From Marsupella aquatica (lineage: Eukaryota; Plantae; Marchantiophyta): a stretch of DNA of 64,000 nucleotides. The stretch is taken from the NCBI GenBank assembly GCA_973895155.1, contig OZ316892.1, forward strand, positions 3,909,223 through 3,973,222, written 5' to 3'. The first letter of the stretch is position 1, and every line of letters begins with the position of its first letter. Both the position numbers and the translations under genes were made by a program. Shown in pieces: positions 27,621 through 39,432 of the stretch. Below the pieces are notes generated by a model that was not told the DNA's origin, made no database searches, and worked only from the letters and a program-made list of their open reading frames with translations.

Positions 27621-28479
27621 GCAGGGTTGAGCGCATTGGGACCAAGGGGAGGGCGAGAAAGGGCATCAAAGGTGAGGCATTGTGAGGGCCGGCAAGGCAT
27701 GGTGAGCATTGATGCCAGTATATATATATCGCGAGGGGGTCCATAATGAAGGCACGGAGGGGGGAGGCCTTGCCAGAGAGGACAAATGCTAATCAAGCAA
27801 ATATGATCATATTCTAAAATATCTAACAAGCAAGTTTTGATTAGTGCTGATTCTGGATTTCATAAAGGGACTAAGGAGGCGGGATCAATTATTATAGTTG
27901 TAGATGTATGTTTCTTTCTCTCATTTTGATATTCTCATTTTGATATGCTACGCAAAAACAAATGGTATTCAAGGTAGCGATGAATTAATTCATGGCTAAT
28001 AAAACTCACTAAGAAACACAGCGTGTGGAGTAGAGGAGTGAAACTGTAGCGATGGTGGCGGGTCAGCGCGTTGGAGGAGACGACCCAGCGAGCAGATGAC
28101 GAAAAGGAAGGACCGAGGCAAGACAGCTGATTGATGGATCCATCCTCGATCGATCGACTGCCGCTTCGACATAGATAGACAAGCAGCAGACGCAGCTGTA
28201 AAATTACAAGACCGGTCTCCCGCATCTTTCGCATGTTTGCCATCCATTTCTTCAGGTCTGCAAAAGTAGCCCAGCCGGGCAGCAGCCAGCTCTGGGATCT
28301 ATCTATGGCTTCCCCCAATCACTAATAGCATCTGTGCCAGACCGCCCGTCCCATGAGAAACTCGAGAAAGAGCGAAAGAAAGATAGAAAAAGCAGAGCTG
28401 CCGCATTTCTGCAGAGTCAAGTACAGTCAGTAGGACCGGAGCAGCAGTAGCAGCAGGTGGGAGGCTGTCTGTTGTGTCT

Positions 28480-28606
28480 GTGTGTGTGTATTTCTGGGTC
28501 AGTTTTGGATCGGAGATCAGCAGCTCATGTTTCATGAGCTTTGCGTGTGTGTGTATTTCTGGGTCAAGTTTTGGATCGGAGCTCAGCAGCTCATGTTTCA
28601 TAAGCG
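28480..28606. repeat. ~65-bp tandem duplication upstream of the U-box gene
   Basis: tgtgtgtgtatttctgggtca(a)gttttggatcggag(a/c)tcagcagctcatgtttcat occurs twice. Confidence 0.85.
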
Positions 28607-29266
28607 TTGCAGGGCAGCAGTATCACAAGAGCGAGCTCTGAAAGTTTATCGTACAAGATTATGTCCTGATAGCGCTTGAAAGATTGTCTTCGGGGGTCTG
28701 ATAGAGTGTTGACCGATGTCTCCGGTGGGCGGTGCCCAAGGATTCATTCGAGGGGCAGCGCGCAGTGAACTCTTGCAGTGAGGGAGGCATTGGAGACACC
28801 AGCGGTCACGGCAACCTTCGTGTCTGCTGCTACTTTCTGGGAGCTTTCTTGCAGGGTAGGATGTTGAGGTTCGAGGTGCAGGAGAGCACTTATTCGGTCG
28901 ATTTGGGCGATGACTCTTTACACTTTGTTGAGAGTCATGAAGGACTGGGCTTTTTGGATGTTAGGTCTGCGTTCCGATCTGGCCTGTCAGCCCCGATTGT
29001 GTAACACCTTTTCCTTTGTGAAGAGATGAGTGGCGGGGAAATTGTTGCCTCATGGACAGCGGGTGTTGGGTTTCGGACTGGAAGCTCAGACAGGTTTGGT
29101 TTACTTGGCTGGAGGGGATGATGACTGCGAGGTTTGAAGGGAATGACGTGCCTCTGTAGGTTGGAGGTGAAGGTCGGGAAGGAAGGAGCAGATTAATTTG
29201 AGATAGGAAGGGACTTGAGGGGAAGGGGACGATAAGATTGGAGAAGGGAGGGAAGGAAGGAAGGCA

Positions 29267-31393
29267 ATGGGTGGTCAGGTAGAGCCTCATGTAGGCTTCA
29301 GAACACGAGTAAGGGCTAACTTCTCCAACTTCCTCCACAGCAAGTCTCCCAAGAAAGGCCAAGATGACAGCAAACTCTCGGTCCAGACCGGGAATCTTTC
29401 CAATGAAAGCTCCTTGAACTCTATCGCGTCAGAGAGTCCGGTGGAGCTCTCCCATGGGGCCTACGACAAGGGCAGTCCTGCCTTTGCATCGCTAAAGTTG
29501 CCGGATTCTGTAGAGAGTCAGCTTGGAAGTGGCAATTTGGACGACGCAGCATCACCGTTCATATGCCCTATTTCCAAGTCTCTCATGGCAGATCCAGTCG
29601 TTGTGGAGTCGGGCGTCACCTACGAGCGCCAGAACGTGCTAGCGTACTTGAAGACTGGGAACAGAAATTGTTTTAAGACCGGGGAGCGTCTGGAGCACCT
29701 GAATCTGACGAAGAACTCTGCTTTGAAGAAGGCTATTGACGACTGGTGTGACTCTCACCAGGTTCCCAGGCCGGTGGCACCAGATTCCGAAACTGCTCAG
29801 GGGACTGTGGATCGGATATGCGGATTGGGTAGCATAATGACGATCGCTAACCTCAGTACCGCTGGCTCCGAGATTTATGTGTCTTCAGACACCGCATCCT
29901 CGAGCGACTCCAGTGGGGGAGGCAGCAGAAGTTTATGGGTAGAGTCTTTGAAAGCTTCACTAGCTACTGGTCCTGAGACTACCATGCCGCGTCCCAGTGG
30001 TAGTGCTTTGAGGCCGGAGCAGATTCCTGAAGCTAGTCCAGTGAATACGTCCTCGAGCGATCTCTCCCATTCCGCTGATTTGCAAACGTGTGGGGATAAG
30101 TCATATGAAAGACACAATCACAGCTGGAGCGGAGGCAAACCACGGCTATTCCCTGAAGTGCATGACAGCAACAGGACAGCTGCTGCTACTGACGAGGATA
30201 AGTATTGGTCAGCTGCTTCCTCTGCTCCGTATGTACACTCATCGTCGGTGGTGAACTCTCCGACTGCTCCCTCCTCCAGTGGTGGTGCTCATGAGGTTCC
30301 TTTGCCCCTGACCACTACACCTTCTGCTTTTAGTGAGCAAAGGGGTGGAAGTGGGCCACTGCCTTCCAATGTTGGTGATCTGAACGAAGCTGTCGTCAGT
30401 GAGCTCATGCGGAAGCTGCAGCACAGACACCCCTTGGAACAGGAGCAAGCAGTGATGGAGATTCGGAGACTCACACGAGTGAGTGCACAGAATAGGGTGA
30501 CTCTATGTAAACTTGAGTTTCTGGACGTTCTCTTGCCTTTGGCACAGTCTCGGTATAGCAATGTGCAAATCAACGCTGTAGCTGCGGTCATGAATATGTC
30601 TCTGGAGAAGGAGAACAAGCTGACAGTAGCTCGAGCTAGAGCTATACCCTGTCTCATTGACGTGTTGAAAAGTGGACATTTCGAGGCTCAAGAGCATGCT
30701 GCAGGAGCCATTTTCAGCCTGGCACTCAACGATGAGAACAAGATGGCTATTGGGGTGTTGGGTGCAATCCCTCCGCTGATTCACGTGTTGCGGACTGGAA
30801 AGCATGGGGCACGGAGGGATGCAGCCATGGCATTATACCACCTTTCGTTCGCCCAGATGAATCGTAACAAGCTGATCAGGGCAGGTGGTGTGGGAATTCT
30901 TCTAGGTATTGCCAAGGACGAGAAGAGTGATGTGGTGAGCAGGGCTTTGCTGATTTTGTGCAACATTGCTGCCACGCAAGAAGGCCGTGTGGCTCTTGCA
31001 GAGATGAATGCTGTGCAGGTGATGGTGGGTCTGCTAACGGGCGGGGACGAGTCTACTGCAGCAAGGACGACATCTCAGGAGGGTGGAGAGGATTCCAAGG
31101 TGAACTGGGTGGAAGTACGAGAACACGCAGCTGCATCACTCTTGCAGTTGTCACATCACAACTTCCGGTTCAAGTCTCAAGCCCTGCAAGCTGGTGCTCT
31201 AGATGGTCTGCAACGCCTTGCAGTGGAGGGCACACCTCGTGCACGAGAGAAAGCAGCTGCTCTTCTCACGATTCTTCGAGATGCCCCAAACGCAGACACT
31301 TCTACGGAAGTCAACGGGTCCCTGTACCGCCGGTCATATGTTCGAAATGCTAGAGGTGGTGTTGAGGATAAAGCCGAATCTGCTCAATTCTAG
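29267..31393 (+). CDS. Plant U-box/ARM-repeat E3 ubiquitin ligase (PUB38-41-like), single coding exon, 708 aa
   Basis: U-box FICPISKSLMADPVVVESGVTYER...NSALKKAIDDWC, a Ser-rich linker, then ARM repeats (QINAVAAVMNMSLEKENK, QEHAAGAIFSLALNDENKMAIGVLGAIPPL, RRDAAMALYHLS, GTPRAREKAAALL). Confidence 0.93.
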   Translation: MGGQVEPHVGFRTRVRANFSNFLHSKSPKKGQDDSKLSVQTGNLSNESSLNSIASESPVELSHGAYDKGSPAFASLKLPDSVESQLGSGNLDDAASPFICPISKSLMADPVVVESGVTYERQNVLAYLKTGNRNCFKTGERLEHLNLTKNSALKKAIDDWCDSHQVPRPVAPDSETAQGTVDRICGLGSIMTIANLSTAGSEIYVSSDTASSSDSSGGGSRSLWVESLKASLATGPETTMPRPSGSALRPEQIPEASPVNTSSSDLSHSADLQTCGDKSYERHNHSWSGGKPRLFPEVHDSNRTAAATDEDKYWSAASSAPYVHSSSVVNSPTAPSSSGGAHEVPLPLTTTPSAFSEQRGGSGPLPSNVGDLNEAVVSELMRKLQHRHPLEQEQAVMEIRRLTRVSAQNRVTLCKLEFLDVLLPLAQSRYSNVQINAVAAVMNMSLEKENKLTVARARAIPCLIDVLKSGHFEAQEHAAGAIFSLALNDENKMAIGVLGAIPPLIHVLRTGKHGARRDAAMALYHLSFAQMNRNKLIRAGGVGILLGIAKDEKSDVVSRALLILCNIAATQEGRVALAEMNAVQVMVGLLTGGDESTAARTTSQEGGEDSKVNWVEVREHAAASLLQLSHHNFRFKSQALQAGALDGLQRLAVEGTPRAREKAAALLTILRDAPNADTSTEVNGSLYRRSYVRNARGGVEDKAESAQF

Positions 31394-32099
31394 ATGTGCT
31401 TCCCTTTTCGGTAGCTTCCTTTGGATCCACTTCTACCGCCATTGGTCTCCCGTTTATGTACAAATGCCTCAGAACTTCGATAGAAATTGGCCCTTCCTTG
31501 GCTATTTCAGGTGGAATTTGTTTGTCTACATTGTCTTCCTGCCAATCTTAGAGCCACTCTGGCGGAAATTCTTGCAGCTCTTCGGATGCGAGCGTGTACA
31601 TACTTGAGAATATCCTTTTGTAATTTCAGTTCCATTTCACTGAGGTTCAGTAGAGCGACTTTAGGACGAGGTCTTCAACAATCCTCGTGCTGCATGGACT
31701 GAATAACGAGTGGAGGTCCTGTGAAAATTTCCTCAGCTCTCTGTCCTCATTTTACAAGTTGAGGGAAGAGAATTTGTGTTTTCTAGGAAACAGAATTGTC
31801 ATCAGTCGTGGATTCTCTCCTTCAAAATTGAGCTAGAAGTGCACTGATCGGGTTCACCGTTCAAGGCTTCTAATTCGAGTCTTTATTTACCTTGTTGTGG
31901 ATTGGACGTTCTGTCCGGTTTCTCCCACCATGAAATTTTTAATTGACGGAGGGAGAGAGTGTAAACTGTCTATCTATTGAATGAAATGGGAATTTATATT
32001 TGTCTTGAATCTGGCAATGACAACTATGAAGTCTCTAATCTGATTGAGCTGCGGCGAAGACTTGGGTCCTAATACGACCTACTGCCACTAGTGACTTTT

Positions 32100-32990
32100 G
32101 CATCATGGCGAAAATGGCAAAACGATTCAGTGTAGGTCGTCTTGGTCGCTCTACCTCTACTGGGTACCTTGTGACACCGTTAGCACACATGATGCAACGT
32201 TTCGTAGCAATTTTATGGGATTGCATGGCTTCTGTGCTAGTCTTGCTCTCTACAAGGTACAGTTCATTTCAATCGGAACGGGATGCAAGTTTCCGTGCTG
32301 TGTTCCCGAGAAAATCCCGTCACAGAAGTATCCATTGAGGTTGGCCCATACTGTTGTGATGAAAATTGTTTTGTGATTCGCTATTGAGTTGATCTTGTTG
32401 TCAGGTAACTCCAACTTCAATACGCAGCCAAATCGACGAAAACTTTCCAATTCAACCCTCCGATGCTTTGACTGTAGGGGAAGCTGCGCAAGGGGCCGCC
32501 AGTCATAAATTCTGAGGACGTTTCAGTTCTTTAGATGACACCTTCGATGATGAATTTGCCTCATTGGCGTCCATTCCAGTGTAACTTTGGACGATGCACT
32601 GTCCACGACAAAACTTGGATCCACCAGGTCTCACATCTTTAGTACCTTTTTCCTTGTGGAACAAAGTCTCATTGTAGAGGAGAGGAATGTGAAAAGTTGT
32701 GGTAAGTAGAGGTTTTGCTGCTGCTGCTTAGTATCCGACTAACATTGAAGTGTAGTACATTGATTTGGTGCGTCGTTCTCTATCCATCAGCTCACAACTC
32801 GAAGCTCCAAAAAGTTCGGCATGTCATCCTCCTTTTCATGTTTTGGAAACTCGCCGTTCCAAAATCTGCAACACTACAAAGTTTACACATGCAGATAACA
32901 AAGAGAGATCGGGAGCCCGAAACGAGAGATACAATTGCTCCCTCGACTTGAAGAGAACGGCCATTGATCACCACTTGGGAGCTGTAAGAT
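32100..32990 (-). pseudogene. Degenerate paralog fragment of the unknown gene-like region at 44960-45720
   Basis: The reverse complement aligns with 44960-45720, for example gcagattttggaacggcgagttt, gaggcaaattcatcatcga and ccgattga(a/c)atgaactg(t/c)acctt. Stops and indels break the frames. Confidence 0.55.
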
Positions 32991-33445
32991 GAACGTAATT
33001 CAAACCTTTTTGATCAAGAGTTCAGGTCTATTGGAGTGTTGGCAAGGAGGCTGCGAAACACTCTGACTAATCCTCTTAGGTTTTTCCTTTTTTGCAAGTG
33101 TGGGGAATTGTCAGCCAGTGATGAAGGCCAAGATGTTAGGAAGATTCATTTTCTTGAATTGTTTTATGACCTTAGATCCCCTTAGATTTAAGGGGGATGG
33201 TTAGATTCTGGCTAGGTTTGTTGCTAGGTGTGAAACTGAATTATGGGAAACAAAAGCCCTAGCAAGTTTTGGCCTAAAGTGTAGAATTGTGCCAAGAGGT
33301 TCACCACTTAGAAAAACACTGTTGGAGAACCTTTTTGGCACAATTTTTTTGTTTTGAAAGAATATCCGACCAGTATGAGTCCATGACGCAGTAAGATGCT
33401 CTCATCTAGTCCCAAGTTCCTTAGTCTCTCTTCCCAATAGTGGCA

Positions 33446-33797
33446 AGTTGAGTAAAGACAAGACTTGCAATGATATGTACATGAACATACAACAAACAAA
33501 TACAACAAACAAATTGTTGACACAAAGAATTCAATGTTCAAACTCTAATGAGATTAAGTTCACGGGAACACACATAAACTTTACTATATTCTAAATCTAT
33601 TTAGTGTAACAAGTTTGTGTAACATAAATTCTCATTATCTTTCAAATGATTTCATAACAATGAGCTTAAGTTCCTACTCTACAAACACTCCTTTACTATA
33701 TAGATCATTGCACGGTTAATTTAACCCAGTCTGCAACTAAGGTTAGTCTAACTATTGTTACAATCATAACTCTAGACCTAAGAGTAAATGCCTAACA
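33446..33797 (-). mobile_element. Old solo LTR of the same Copia family
   Basis: Starts (a)gttgagtaaagac, contains cacgggaacacaca and ends ctagacctaagagtaaatgcctaaca, matching the 345-bp LTR. Flanks tggca/tgaca form a 5-bp TSD with one mismatch. Confidence 0.75.
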
Positions 33798-34956
33798 TGA
33801 CAGGATAGGTCATTTAAGATGCACATCTCCCCTACTTCATTAGTGCCTTCACTTATTTTTCTCTTTGTATTTTCAAGGGCATTATTGGAGACAAATGCAC
33901 AATGAAGATTTGGATGATTGAAGATTCTCCTTTACTTTTACTAAAATTAGTAAATAAAAATAAAAATGTCTTAGGCCTTTAGGTGTATTTAGTTCATGTT
34001 ACTAGAGCATTAGTGGCAATAATAGCCCCTCAAAACTGTTGAGCATCGACGACAATCGCAACAGCAAGCCCATTAACCATCCAACGCACAAGAGTCGACA
34101 CAGAGAGATACGTGGTTCACCTCCACATGAGGCTACATCCACGGGAACACACAAGAGCTTTACTGCACTCTAGGCCGACCGGCCATACCAAGCATCCACA
34201 ACACAAGCTCTCTCTATCTCTCAACTAGTGTTGAGCATAGACGACAATCGCAATGGCAAGCCCATGAACCATCCAACGCACAAGAGTCGACACAGAGAGA
34301 TACGTGGTTCACCTCCTTGTGAGGCTACGTCCATGGGAACACACGAGAGCTTTACTGCACTCTAGGCCGACTGGCCATACCAAGCATCCACAACACAAGC
34401 TCTCTCTATCTCTCAACTAGTGTTGAGCATAGACGACAATCGCAATGGCAAGCCCATGAACCATCCAACGCACAAGAGTCGACACAGAGAGATACGTGGT
34501 TCACCTCCTTATGAGGCTACGTCCACAGGAACACACGAGAGCTTTACTGCACTCTAGGCCGATTGCCATTCCAAGCATCCACAGCGCAAGCTCTCTCTAT
34601 CTCTCAACTAGCTCCGTAACAATGAGCCTAAGTTTCCCCCTCACCAAACAAACACCGCTTGGTTATAGAGTGTGCACAACATGACTAACCTAACCAAGTC
34701 TACGACTAAGGTTAGCCTTAACTACGGTACAGTCATAACTCTAGACCTAAGAGTAAATCCTAACAATCTCCCCCTTGACTCTGGTCTAGGGGAGGGTAAA
34801 GACTGCTACCAATATGATTGCTCAGCGGGAAGTTTTGGAAAAAAAAACCAAACCAGTTTTTCCCTCTTTATACGAGAGTAGACCAGAACTAAGCCGTAGT
34901 CTATACAAGGAATGAACAAGAGCATATCTCAGTATCTACACAAATGTTAAGTAACC

Positions 34957-37900
34957 CTACTTGTGAGGCAATTGCAAAACCTGCAACGCATCACGGTGTC
35001 TAGAAAAACTCTCCAAAGGAATCACTTTGGTAAAAGCGTCAGCCGGGTTGAGTTTACCGTCAATCTTGACTAGCTCAAACATATTATCAGACACAGCTTG
35101 CCTGATAAAATGATACCTGACGTCAATGTGCTTCACTCTGCTGTCCATCACCTGGTTCACAGCAAGGTGAAGCGCACTCTGACTATCACAATGGAGCTTC
35201 ACATTCCCCTGTGGCAATCCCATCTCAGTGATCAATCTATCCAACCAAATCGCTTCCTTTGCTGCTTTCGCTGTTGCAACATACTCCGTTTTTGTAGTAG
35301 ACTGAGCAATACACTTCTGCAAGGTAGACCTCCAACTTATGTATCCACCTCCCAGTGTGAACACATAACCTGTTGTTGACCTCCTCCGATCCAGATCCTG
35401 TGCATAGTCAGCATCTACATAGCCCATCAATGATCTAGCATTATCAGCATGTGCATCAAACAGTAGACCATGATCCATGGTACCCTTCAAATACCAAATA
35501 ATCCACTTCACAGCTTCCCAGTGTACCTTCCCTGGATTCGACATGTACCTGCTCACCTTGCCCATAGCCATGGCAAGATCAGGTCTAGTACAAGTCATCA
35601 AATACATGAGACTCCCCACTGCCTTGTCATACGGAACCTTTGACATCAACCCCTTCTCTATGTCATCCGTAGGACAGAAAGCTGATGATAACTTGAAGTG
35701 TGGAGCCAACGGGGTACTTACTGGCTTGCTATCCCCCATGTTGAACCTTGCAATTATCTTCCTCGCATAACTGCTCTGCGTCAACCATAGCTTACCACCC
35801 TTCAAGTCCCTAGTGATCTCCATACCCAAAATTCTCTTAGCTGGCCCTAAGTCCTTCATTTTAAACTCTGCACTAAGCAGTGCCTTGAGCTTAACAATCT
35901 CAGACCTATCCTTGGCCGCAATAAGCATGTCATCCACATAAAGTACTAAAATAATGAACCCAAAAACAACATTCTTCACCGGTTTAAGATACACACATGG
36001 GTCAAACACACTCCTGTGAAAGCCTTGTGCACGGATCCAATCATCAAACCGCTTATTCCATTGTCTTGGTGACTGCTTCAACCCGTACAAGGTTCTCAGT
36101 AATCTGCAAACCAAATCCTCTTGCCCTTTCTTCACAAAACCTAGCGGCTGTCTCATGAAGATCAACTCTTCCAAGGTGCCATAGAGGAAAGTTGTGACAA
36201 CATCCATCTGATCTAGCAGCAGACCAAACATAACAACAAGCACACACAATAGCCGTATTGTTGAGTACTTAGCAACTGGTGAGAAGACCTCATTGTAATC
36301 CACACCTTTTTCCTGTGTGAATCCCTTGGCTACCACCCTAGCCTTGTAGACCTTCGATCCACCTCCTGTGGACTGATCCTTCAGCTTGTATATCCACTTG
36401 CTATCCACCACTTGTTGTCCCTCAAGCAGCTTGACAAGCTCCCAAGTTTTGTTGTCCTTCAGTGACTGCATCTTTGTTTGCATTGCTGCAGTCCACTCCT
36501 GCTTCTCCTTTGAAGCACTTGTTTCATGAAATGAAGAAGGTTTCCCTTCTTCCAAAATCAACGCATCACCCTCATCATCAGTAACAAAGTCCTCCTCTTG
36601 CAACTGAGATGAATCAACCCACTGTCCATACCTTGGTGGAGCGCGTACAGTGCGACCAGATGTTCTTCTAGCCGATGACTCCGGTTGATCTGCGTTAGCT
36701 GGTACAATTTGAAGCTCAGCAGCATCCACTTGCTGCTCACTAGCATCAACAAACTCCTCTGGTTCCTCTGGCACAGGAACCAACTCCATAATTGGAGCAA
36801 CTCCTTCTCTCCGGTCATGCACCTCATGACCAATCTCCCCCTCAACAAGATCCGGGATAGGAGATATTCCTTTGTCAGTACGGGAGACCTGAGTATTCTC
36901 CCTCTCCTTCAATAATCTGGATTCATTGAAGGAAACATCCCTACTGACAACGAGCTTACAAGCAATAGGATCCCATAGCCTATAGGCTTTCACACCATTC
37001 TGGTACCCAAGAAAAACACATTTCTTGGAGGTAGGATCCAACTTGGTCCTATTCTGCTTCGGTGTGAGAGCATATGCATCACTTCCAAAAACTACCAAGC
37101 CATGATAGTTTGCTTGCCGCTTATAGCGCATCTCAAACGGTGTTTTGAAAATTGATAGCACTAGAAGGAGAAAGATTTACCAAATAAGCTGCGGTATTCA
37201 CAGCTTCTGCCCAGAATTCCTGTGGTAAACCTGATTGGCTCAACATACTCCGTGACCGCTCCAATAGTGTCCGATTGAGCCTCTCAGCGACACCATTCTG
37301 CTGCGGAGTATAAACTGTGGTGAGATGACAAATTATCCCCTGTTCTGAACAGTACTCTTTAAATTCCATTGAAGTGTACTCCCCGCCGTTGTCTGACCTC
37401 AGACTCTTCACCCTTGTATCCAAACACTTGACTGTGTTTTCAGTCTGATTCTCCACCTGGGCCTTCCACTTCTTAAAAATGGATAAGACATCAGACTTAT
37501 GCTTCATGAAATAAATCCACACAAATCTTGAGTAATCATCAATAAATGATACATAGTACAACTTTCCAAAGTGTGAGGGAGTCGGAGATGGACCCCACAC
37601 GTCACTATGTATGTACTCAAGAACCGCCTTGGAACGATGTGTTCCAACACCGAAAGCACGACGATGCTGCTTTCCAAGAATTGCAATGCTCAAGAATACA
37701 AGATTGCAAATTAAAAATGAGTCCATTCTTTCGTAAGATAGCCAAACCCTTCTCACTCATGTGGCCTAGCCGTGAATGCCACAGTTGAGTCATCTCCTCG
37801 TGAGACTTGGTTACATTGGCCTCTCCACATACAGTATTGCCCTGCAACACATACAAATTTTTTTGTTTGCTCCCCTTCAAGATCACTGTCTCTCCCGACC

Positions 37901-39085
37901 TGACTTGAAGTTCACCATCAATAACGCTCCATTGATGACCATTTGAATCCAACACACCGAGTGAAATCAGATTCTTACGCATGCCAGGTCCATATCTGAC
38001 TCCGAACACTGTGCGCACAGTGCCATCAAACATTTGAATCTTCACAGACCCAATACCCTCAATTTGACAGGAGTGATCATTTCCCATCAGAACTGAACCG
38101 TTTGAAACAGAGTAAGAACTGAAAAACCCTCGAATGTAACAAATGTGAAAAGAGCAAGCACAATCAAGAATCCACACATCATCTGCTCTCCTAGATGACG
38201 TGCACAGGGCATACCCTTGGCTTCATAATACATACTCATCATTGTGTAAATCAGCATCTCCATCAGCCCTAGCCACATTTGCCGATGAAGATTCAGTTGC
38301 CGTTTCCTTACAGTCTCGCTTGAAGTGTCCAACCTGGTTGCACTTCCAACATGTCACTTGCCTTCTCTGAGGGGATTTACCTCTGGACTTAGATCTGGAT
38401 TTAGATCTAAATTGGGTTCTACGGTCCTCAGTTGATCGCTGCGTACTCCTCCCACGGTTAACATTGAGGGCAATACCAGAGGATGAAGGCTGTGACGTGA
38501 TGTGCATCTTCTACTGAAGATCATCACAAAGCCGAGAACTTACCACGTCATTGTATGAAATGGTATCCCTATCACGATGCAACAACACTCGTGATAGGGA
38601 TTGGTAAGATGGAGGCAATGAACTGAGAAGCTGCAGAGCCTTCGTCTCATCATTCAAAGTCTCCCCAAGGTTTTCCAAGTCAACGACCATGTCGTTGAAA
38701 GCATCCACATGGTCCTGCAACTTCGTACCGGATTCCTTCATCCTGAAACTCATCAGTTTGTAGGAAGTATAGAGCCGGTTCGACAACTCCTTGTGGTGAT
38801 ACTTGCTCTGTAATTCCGCAAACAAGGACATGCAGTCCTTATGTGCACTCAACTGCTTGATGATGGGAGGCATGAGATAGAGTGTAACACACCACACTCC
38901 CTGCTCTTGCATGCGGTCCCATTGTTTCTCATCAACATCATCTTCACGAGGGCTTAGCAGTTGGCCCATCCCTGAAACATAAAGCACTCCCTTCACCTGC
39001 TTCTCCCAAAGCAAGTAGTCAGAGTGTCCATCATACTTTGTCACTTCATACTTGGGTCCCCCAAGCTCTCCTCCAAATCACTCAT
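34957..39085 (-). pseudogene. Copia gag-pol of copy 1 (disrupted)
   Basis: Gag with CCHC knuckle CWKCNQVGHFKRDC, PR WILDCACSFH, INT HSDVWGP/RSDNGGEY/QQNGVAER, RT LYVDDMLI and RNase H GYVDAD/CDSQSAL/KHIDVRYHFIR. Relative to copy 2 it has a ~172-bp gag deletion at about 39067, a TAG at 38511 and +1 frameshifts at about 37681 and 37150. Confidence 0.93.
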
Positions 39086-39231
39086 ATGAGAAAATCATGA
39101 AAAAGGTCATTTTTCACAACTTCTCAAAAAAATCAAAACTGAACACCGATGCGTAGCCCACAAAGCTAGGAGTCCAACACTGAAGACCAAAATTAAAAAA
39201 CAAACTTTGACGGAAAAGTTATACAAATTTT

Positions 39232-39432
39232 GGTCGCCCTTGAAACGAGGCTCCCTCGGTTCGCCCTTGGGGCGAGGCTCCCTTGGGTCGCCCTTGGTTT
39301 GACCCTACTTAGGGTCGCCCTTGGTTTGACCCTACTTAGGATCGCCCTTGGGGCGAGGCTCCACTCGGGTTGCCCTTAGGGCGAGGCTCCATCGGGTCGC
39401 CCTTGGGGCGAAGCTCCCTCGAGTCACCCTTT
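39232..39432. repeat. ~25-bp tandem repeat in the 5' leader of Copia copy 1
   Basis: About 8 units of ggtcgcccttggggcgaggctccct and variants; tcgccc-ttg-gggcga is self-complementary. Confidence 0.85.

Noticed and set aside
32030-32060. tRNA D-arm-like text (gccgcagctcaatcagattagag on the minus strand)
   Set aside because: No T-arm, B box or acceptor stem.
34015-34036. Flank of Copia copy 1 (tagcccctcaaaac joined to tcaagct) resembling the PPT region of an older host element
   Set aside because: Too short, and no adjoining LTR or pol remnant could be identified.
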